From positions 177,010,001-177,074,000 of the forward strand of contig OX597816.1 of the NCBI GenBank assembly GCA_951406725.2: a DNA stretch of 64,000 nt. The letters run 5' to 3'. Below are positions 55,745 to 64,000 of the stretch, piece by piece. This DNA is from Octopus vulgaris (taxonomy: Eukaryota). Position 1 is the stretch's first letter, and every line of letters starts with the position of its first letter. A model generated the notes under the pieces. The model searched no databases. It was not told the origin of the DNA and worked only from the letters and a program-made list of their open reading frames with translations. The position numbers and the translations under genes were made by a program.

Positions 55745-56248
55745 ACATCTCTCAGAGCTACTCTGACATGCATAAGACCTGGTCATCAAATCTAAGGAGA
55801 GACTTCAAACTTGAAATCTTCAAAGCCACAGTCGAACCAATTCTACTATATGGCTCAGAAACCTGGACGTTATCAAAGAAGCTTGAGAGGCAGTTGGATG
55901 GAACCTACACTCGCCTCCTTATGAGAACTCAAAATCTCTCGTGGAAGCGCCATCCAACCAAAATGCAAATATATGGGAACCTACCACCTGTGTCATCTCT
56001 TGTGAAAGGTTAGAGAGTCCAGTTTGCTGGACATTGTTGTAGAGCTGAAAACGAGGCAATTTCTACTCTTCTCCTCTAGAAGCCATTTACTCGCGATACC
56101 AGAGGGCGCACACTCTCCTACCCTGATGTAATCTCCAGGGATACAGGCATCCAGCAACAGGACCTCCGTAATGCCATGATGGACCGTGAAGTCTGGCGTA
56201 GCATGGTAAATTCCATTGTCTCGACCACGGTCAAACAATGATGATGAA
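55745..56248 (+). mobile_element. RTE-clade LINE 3' fragment
   Basis: FKATVEPILLYGSETWTL...LDGTYTRLLMR...QFAGHCCR...AMMDREVWR with in-frame stops; (TGA)n tail. Confidence 0.85.
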
Positions 56249-56938
56249 GAGCTACTATATGTAGCTCCTGTGATATTAAGTTTTACTGCAATTTTTCCTA
56301 AAACAACTTTAACATCCTTATAGCTGGATTTCAAAGTTTTAACTGCAAAAATAAAGACCCAATAAAAGCCTTCAACACAGTGCTGCCTTAAGGTTTTGGC
56401 ACACTGGGCAGCTGCCACAGGGCCTCACAGGTCGAAGGGCCTAATTCTGATCTATGTATGCTGTGGCCTGCTGTCAATAAATAATATAGAGCCTAATACA
56501 CTGATTTGCATATGGACCTATATAATGCTGTAAAGATGATTCTGCTCCAAGTCAGGATATGGCAGAAGACACTTGACAATCACTCAGTGACAACTGATCA
56601 AAAATTAAAAAAATTTTTCTTTTTAAAAACCCAGTTGTGAATGAACTGTCATTACTACCAAACACGTCAGGGTCAAGCTTGAATGAACTTCTCTACTTAC
56701 TACTAACTGCTTGTGACTCCTGCTCTGTAAGAGCTGGTAATACTCTCTAGGTCACTATACTGATGGCAACCTTAAGCATCAAAATTCGTTTTTTTTCCTA
56801 CGTTGTTGCCTTCAGCTCCACTATTATTATGTTGTTATTGTTATTGTTGCCAAAACCACATCTGGCCAGTTTGAACAAACAATAGACAGAAAACTTGGCT
56901 CTTGATATGGGTGGTTTAAATGGTAAAGGATTAAAAAG

Positions 56939-57009
<71 letters not shown>

Positions 57010-58042
57010 TATATACATGTATGTATATACACATATATACATATATGCATATATGGGTATAGGATGTCACCAGCTGTGTAAACAATATGAAGTACAGAGA
57101 AAAAAATGAAAAACAGGACAAATGACATGGAGAATGACTCTTCATCAGTTGTTGACTGTTTATCTACTCCTCATTTCGAGCATTCAATGACAATATGAAT
57201 CTTTGATGACAGTTGCTCCCATAAATACTAAAATAAAATTTTGGATTTATGGAGGGTCAAAGTTTGGGAACAAAAGCAGGCCAGTGGAGACATACAAGGA
57301 AACCAAACGAAAGCAATAAAAAAAGGTTGTTAGACCAGAACAAGAGGAAACTAGTGAATGCTGAGAGAAATATTTTCTTTGAAAAGAGAAAAGATAGAAG
57401 AGAGAGATAGATAGACAACGCCCAAGTCCTTAGAACGTCATGCAGCTAAAATATATATAAACACATAGACTTGTGCTTTGCCAACTACTCTGTAAAAGAC
57501 ATGATATTAATGACAGATTTGTTAAAGAATAAAGTGAACAGTTATCTAATTATGGAATCCTTAATGTAAATTTTCATTTAAAAACAATTTTGTTAAATAG
57601 AAATAATCCTACATTAAAAAAATTTAATATTTTTCATTTAAATGATCAAGGGAAATTTATAATTATTAAAAGATTGGCATAAAATTATATGAAATATTGT
57701 TCAGATTGAATTTGAGACACAAAACAACCTTAGTGTCTTGCAAAGAGATTCACCCAACTCAAACCAGAAAATTATTTATATCTATTTTGTTAAAAGAATT
57801 CTTTGCCTTTCACTTTAATTTATTTGATTTTAGAATGGGTGAATATGAGAGAATATGAAAATGGAACATATTCTATCAGTCTCTTTTGCAGAACCACTAG
57901 GTTACAGGGATGTAAAAACACTAACACTGGTTGTCAAGCAGTGGTGGGAGATAAACACAGGACAGATATGTCCAACCCATGCTAGCATGGAAAGCGGACG
58001 TTAAATGATGATGATGACAATATATATATATATATATACATA

Positions 58043-58093
<51 letters not shown>

Positions 58094-58099
58094 CATATG

Positions 58100-58130
<31 letters not shown>

Positions 58131-58134
58131 CATA

Positions 58135-58175
<41 letters not shown>

Positions 58176-58181
58176 CATATA

Positions 58182-58227
<46 letters not shown>

Positions 58228-58311
58228 ATTCGAGACAAAACCACTATTTTAAAATCAAACAAGGAAAGACTTAATCAATACATAAAATTTTAATATAAAT
58301 TAAGTAAACCG

Positions 58312-58355
58312 CCACTACAATTGTTTCCTGTCTGCTACTGACATTCTTCAGGTGG
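58312..58355 (-). ncRNA. Minimal type I hammerhead ribozyme motif
   Basis: Reverse complement ccac-CTGAAGA-atgtc agtagca gacag-GAAA-caattg-TA-gtgg: palindromic stem III ACAATTGT; A.G mismatch at the base of stem II. Confidence 0.75.
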
Positions 58356-58526
58356 ATTTTCGATCTTCTAATCAGTATCAAATTATGATTTTTCCCTGTA
58401 ATTTTGGATTCATTCCCTAATATTTATTATTATATATATATATATATATATATACATATGGGATTCTTTCAGTTTCTGTCAAACCAAATCTACTCATAAA
58501 GCTTTGGTTGGCCTGAGGCTATAGTA

Positions 58527-59194
58527 CATGGTGGTCCTCATTATAATTTTTTGTTTTAGCACCCCCCCCCCCACCTCACATGTAATGATTTGGGCCACCA
58601 TATCGAGTAAGCACCTGATAGGACCCTATTTCTTCAAGGGCACTGTAAACCACCAATCTTACTTGGGTATGCTAAGGGAGTGGTTTGTTCCACAGGTCCA
58701 GAGGTTGAATGTTGACCAGAATGATTGTTAGTTTCAACAAGATGGTGCCTGACCCCACTCTGCTATCACTGTCCAGGAATACCCAAATGAAGTTTTGTGT
58801 GATAGATGGATAGGGCGAGGATCACAACAACTTCCAGCACCTGTTGATTGGCCTCCCCAGAAGTCCAGGTCTCATGTCTTCCAATAATACTCTGTGGGGT
58901 ATTATCAAGGAGAGTGTTTCACACGAACGATACCAGAATATCCATCAGTTGAAGGATGCTGTTTGGAGAGCCAAACAATCACCAAAGCACAGCTTTGGAA
59001 AATATACAGAACATGGCGCCACATCATTTTGTGCCATGAAAATGATGGGTCCATACAGACCTTCTCAATGTGTGACAGCATCAATGAAAGTGAATAAATT
59101 AAATCCAGTTTGTGCTTTGAATTACTGCATTACTTGTTCTTCTATTGTTCTCATTACTTTTTGGTAGGGGTAACAAGATTTTTGGACCACTCTG
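58527..59194 (+). mobile_element. Internally deleted Tc1/mariner-superfamily transposon inserted in a SINE
   Basis: Transposase remnant VMIWATISSKHLIGPYFF...FQQDGA*PH...WIGRG...WPPRSP; imperfect TIRs catggtggtcc/ggaccactctg; TA duplication splitting the SINE sequence gctatagTAgaag. Confidence 0.88.
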
Positions 59195-59274
59195 TAGAAG
59201 GCACTTGGCCAAGGTGCCATGCAGTGAGACTGAACCCGGAACTATGTGGTTGGGAAGTGAACCTCTCATTTGAT

Positions 59275-59658
59275 GGAAGCACTCTGTCGGTTATGACGAC
59301 GAGGGTTCCGGTTGATCCGAATCAACGGAACAGCCTGCTCGTGAAATTAACGTGTAAGTGGTTGAGCACTCCACAGACACGTGTACCCTTAACGTAGTTC
59401 TCAGGGATATTCAGCGTGACACAGAGAGTGACAAGGCCGGCCCTTTGAAATACAGGTACAACAGAAACAGGAAGTAAGAGTGAGAGAAAGTTGTGGTGAA
59501 AGAGTACAGCAGGGATCACCACCACCCTCTGCCGGAGCCTCGTGGAGCTTTAGGTGTTTTCGCTCAATAAACACTCACAACGCCCAGTCTGGGAATCGAA
59601 ACCGCGATCCTACGACTGCGAGTCCGCTGCCCTAACCACTGGGCCATTGCGCCTCCAC
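59275..59658 (-). mobile_element. SINE family C
   Basis: tRNA-like head tggaggcgcaatggcccagtggttagggc...gtttcgattcc; related copies at 50143-50505 (minus) and 3383-3610 (plus). Confidence 0.85.
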
Positions 59659-61764
59659 CTCTCATTACAAATGAACAGATATGGATATAGTTTAATTATT
59701 TGTTATATACATAAAGTTGGGCCTTGGTTTGAATAAATACTATATTTGTAAATAAGCTGACATGGATAGGGTCTAATCATCAGCTATAAAGAAAAAGTAA
59801 AGAAAGCAACATTAAGATGTGATAAAGAATCAAAGTAAACAAAAAGCTGCCCCAGAACCCACTTTGAGTAGTGTCAATGAGTCACTGTTCAAAATACGTT
59901 CATATTTGTCAATGTGTCTGAGATATCAAATATATTTTTTTGTATTATTATTATACACAAATTTAGATATTACCAAGGCTCTATCTATGAATAAAATATA
60001 CTTAAAATGTTTAAAATGTCAATATATTTGAATGGTTAGGTTAATATGGTTTATTTAGGTAGCCGGTGAGCATTTTGTAAATGCTAAAACAACATAAAAG
60101 CAAGCAGTGAAGCAGAAAAGGTAAATGTTCTTGTTCTAAGAGAATATGGTTTAGTAGAGAAAGAGAGGGGGGAGATGGGAGAAGGAGGAAAGAGAGTGGG
60201 AGAAAAGTAGAACAGTATTAAAAATCTGTATTTGGGTCAATGAAACATGAAATGTTTCCCTTTGGGGACTATCAAAAATGTTGGGACTGTCATCACAAGA
60301 TGAAGAGCCATAATGCTAAAAGCTGACAGATGTCACTTCTTAGAAGAGCTATAAATTGAACAGTCTACAGTTAGTAAAAGTTAGTTACTATCATAAATCA
60401 AATGAAAATGGGCAGGCCCTTGATTGTTTCAGCTGGGGGTGGGATGTGGGTTATTCTAATAAGTGAAAAAGATAGAATTAGCAGACTTACAGATCTAAAA
60501 TTAAAACTTTAAAAATAAATGAGGTGATTTAGTTCTAAAATTAATTTATATCATAAATATTTTGGAATTCATTAACTAAGAACCAGAGGCACACTTGTCT
60601 AAAACATATTTTAATAGACAGAAATCAGTAGTTCAGTAACTTATTTTTTAAAATTTGATATTACACATGATGAACAATAACCAATAATGTCTATTGGTTA
60701 CAGGTTTCTAATCACTGGTTAATTGCATTTTCAATGTTGAAGAGTAACAAGGAAGTGACTATAATTTGGTGTAGATTAAATAATGTGACTTCGAGCAAAG
60801 AGCACTGGATGTTTGGCTTTTATTACTAATGTTTTTACATCCTTCACCTATGTGTAATTGACAAAGGTTACACACACACACACACACGTATACATCATGA
60901 TCATCATTTTGCACCCCCACCCCCCGCATACATACATCATGAGCGTCATCATTTTGCCTCACTTTTCCATGCTGGCATGGGTTGGATAGTTTGTCAGTAT
61001 CCGAGTTCTTTATTAGGAGTTACTATCTTCTTAATTCAGTGGACCACATTTTGCTTGTACAATGCACTTTTTTTACAAGGTTTCTATGACTGGAAGTTCT
61101 TATCATCAACCACTTCATAAAATATATTGGATGCATTTTTTACATGTATCTATAATCAAAAACCTTGCAAAATGGAACAAAATGTATCACATCTGATAAT
61201 AAACTTAAACTAATAATATACTACAAAAATATTAAAACCTTTTTATCAATAACACAAGCATATAAACCTGAGAAGAAGGTGTTAATGACAATGTAATCTA
61301 TATGTTTAACTGTAAAACTGAAAGGTGTAAACTTGAGGATATCAGCTGTTACACTGGACATACTAGTACAACACTTTGTCATAGGCTCACTGTGAAGTAC
61401 TCACTGCAAGGAGTAATAATAAAACATTATACCACACATCACAAAACAAAATTAGGAAAATATTAGGAGGATAATGAATGCTCTATAAAATTCCTCACAA
61501 AAATACAAGTTTAATCTTGCAAACAACGCACACATCAAAAAAATTATCACACAGCTACTGGCATGAAAACTTAATATTAAAAACTTTGACCACAACAAAA
61601 CAAACCAGCACAAGACTACTGATGTAGAAGCCCAAAAGTCTAAGAACCTTTGGCAGAAACTTCTACATAAATTCCAACAGTATATAAGAAACACATACAT
61701 TAAGTATATTAAATACTGAAAAATGAGATAGCGAAAATCTGGAAATTTTGAATATGAATTTTGA

Positions 61765-62445
61765 AAACTTTATTTTTTCCCAAATAAGCAGTTGAAAACT
61801 AATAAGAGAATATTATAAATCTAAAATAAAGAAGAATTTGAACACAGTTGTGCATTTAATGAAATATGTTTAAAAGAAAAGCTGTTCCCCATATATACAA
61901 ACACAATTTACATGATGTAACAACAAAATTAGGATCTAGTCTTTTACATTCGTAAAATGAGCCCCCTTTAATTTTGCTCAGATTGCTTTCAATTTTGGTG
62001 TATTGGTGCAACTATGAATTTTAATTACGATCAACCAATTAGTATATCTCGTAAATCAAAGAATTTGATGTTACTTGGAATTAGAGTTGGGAAATTTGGG
62101 TAATTTTAGCCAATCAACAGACAGTGAGGCATTAACAGCTTGTTACCATGACAACCACACACTGTATTGAGTTCAACCCACATGTTTTGTTTTTATAAAA
62201 ATTTATATTTATCAATTAGAAAATCTGAGCAAAATTAAAGGGGGCTCATTTTACGAATGTAAAAGACTAGATCCTAATTTTGTTGTTACATCATGTAAAT
62301 TGTGTTTGTATATATGGGGAACAGCTTTTCTTTTAAACATATTTCATTAAATGCACAACTGTGTTCAAATTCTATCTTCTTTATTTTAGATTTATCATAT
62401 TCTCTTATTAGTTTTCAACTGCTTATTTGGGAAAAAATAAAGTTT
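61765..62445. repeat. Inverted repeat, arms 61765-61984 / 62222-62445
   Basis: About 220-bp arms with 1 substitution and one 4-nt indel. Confidence 0.95.
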
Positions 62446-63530
62446 ATTATATATATTTCTTGCAAGTTGTCTTAATATTTTACATATTTTCCATATATAG
62501 CAAATGTTGTTTGCAATGTTTATACAGTTTCTTCATATTATGAAGGTGAATGGAATATGTGAACTTAGTACAGATAATTTGACATTATTTTTGAATTTTG
62601 CATACAAAACATACAAGATACATATATTCTTTTTCTTGGGACAAAGTTTTTGCTGACCAATGCTATTCTTTTCATAGTTTACAAATCCAAGCATGAAAAC
62701 ATTACTCAGCTTTGAAATTTTGGAGTGAGACGCCCCCTTTTCACAAACACACATACACATACATGCACTTATAATATTAATGATGTACACAAATATATGA
62801 CAGGTAATCATAATACTGAAATACGTATAAAGTAAACACATGCAGACAAATATATTAATATTACAAATTAAAAAAAAAAGAAACAATACATACAATCCAA
62901 AAAACCCAGTAAAATGATACATGTTGATTTTATTAGGTATTTCTGTTTATTTAGAAACCCACAATGAAGTGGTCATTTCACAGATGCTAAACTATAAATT
63001 TCACAGGGTACAACCTTAATGTTGACACTGTTCCACTAAACGCAGAAAATTGTCTTGCTATTGGCTATAAATACAGTTTTTTTTTTATTTTTAAACCCCT
63101 GTAACTTTTTCCTCCAATTTTTGTCTCCCCAACATCATACCTTCATAGCAATTAAACTCGAAAACTTCAATATTATAGCTGATTTTCAGATTTTTTACTG
63201 TCTTTTATATTTTGTCAATGAAAAAACTAGATCCCAAAACTACACAAGAATTCCAGAAGAATTTGTTGAACTGCATGCAAATGCAGCAACTGAAGACATA
63301 GAAAATATAAAAGTTGAAATTATTCAGTAAAAGAAAGAAATTGGTAAAAAAAGTGATAAAATATACGAAACTACATAGAAAGTATTCTCAATAAAATGCA
63401 TTAGATACAAGATAATGAATCTAAATAAAAAGAAAATTGCTCTACCCTACAAAAATAAAAAAAATTTTTTAACTGATCAAAACATACACTTAACATCAAC
63501 CAAATCACACTCCTCGGCCTTGGTACCGAC

Positions 63531-63760
63531 TTAACCCTTTCGTTACTAACCCGGCTGAAACCGGCTCTGGCTCTTTAGTACAAATGTCTGGTTTTCAAAA
63601 GTTCTGAATTAAAACCTTCCACCAAACCTTAGTCACAATTTATGTCCCTAACACTAGCTGAATGATAACTAAGTTTATTTTACTTAATTCTTTGTTATAT
63701 TTTAAATAATTGGAAGAAACACTGAACATCTCAAAATAAATTCAGTAAAGAAAGGGTTAA
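63531..63760. mobile_element. piggyBac-like MITE (second family)
   Basis: ttaaccctttcgttacta ... cagtaaagaaagggttaa; decayed relatives at about 28490-28680, 34540-35165 and 47773-47885. Confidence 0.75.
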
Positions 63761-64000
63761 ACCAACAACCAAAACATAACTGAAACAAGGTACAAGCTGA
63801 AATCAAACTACTATCTCAAAACTCTAAAAACCTGAACACACACACACCTATGTATGGCTCAGAAAACAATTTACAAACAAAACAAACCCCTGAGATTCAT
63901 AAATATTCCTACACATTCAATTGGCAAATAAACGGACAGTGTTACTAAAAAATACACACTAGAAATCAATATGATAGGCATCATCTTCACCTTAGATATG

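Larger units (their letters stand above)
54489..57096. repeat. Local direct duplication 54489-54672 / 56859-57096
   Basis: The same MITE half, (TA)n and unique tail gggtataggatgtcaccagctgtgtaaaca occur in both copies. Confidence 0.9.

Overview
AT-rich, repeat-dense animal genomic DNA. The SINE families and the (TA)n/(CA)n load match what I recall of octopus genomes; this assignment is inference. Most of the window looks intronic. The only well-supported host gene is on the minus strand: two phase-compatible exons (55027-54868, 51829-51684) encoding one very basic Ig domain that resembles the neuregulin/Vein Ig domain. The rest is SINEs (4 families), CR1- and RTE-type LINE fragments, a Tc1/mariner remnant, TTAA- and TA-type MITEs, DINE-1/Helentron-like elements and microsatellites. 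Two less obvious patterns stand out. (1) About 7 type-I hammerhead ribozyme motifs lie in (TA)n-flanked modules, two of them downstream of decayed Penelope-like GIY-YIG sequence. (2) At least 8 inverted repeats are present; several are near-perfect inverted copies of local flanking DNA, and one abuts a hammerhead. Almost all ORFs in the supplied track are microsatellite or SINE artefacts. All alignments and folds were done by eye.
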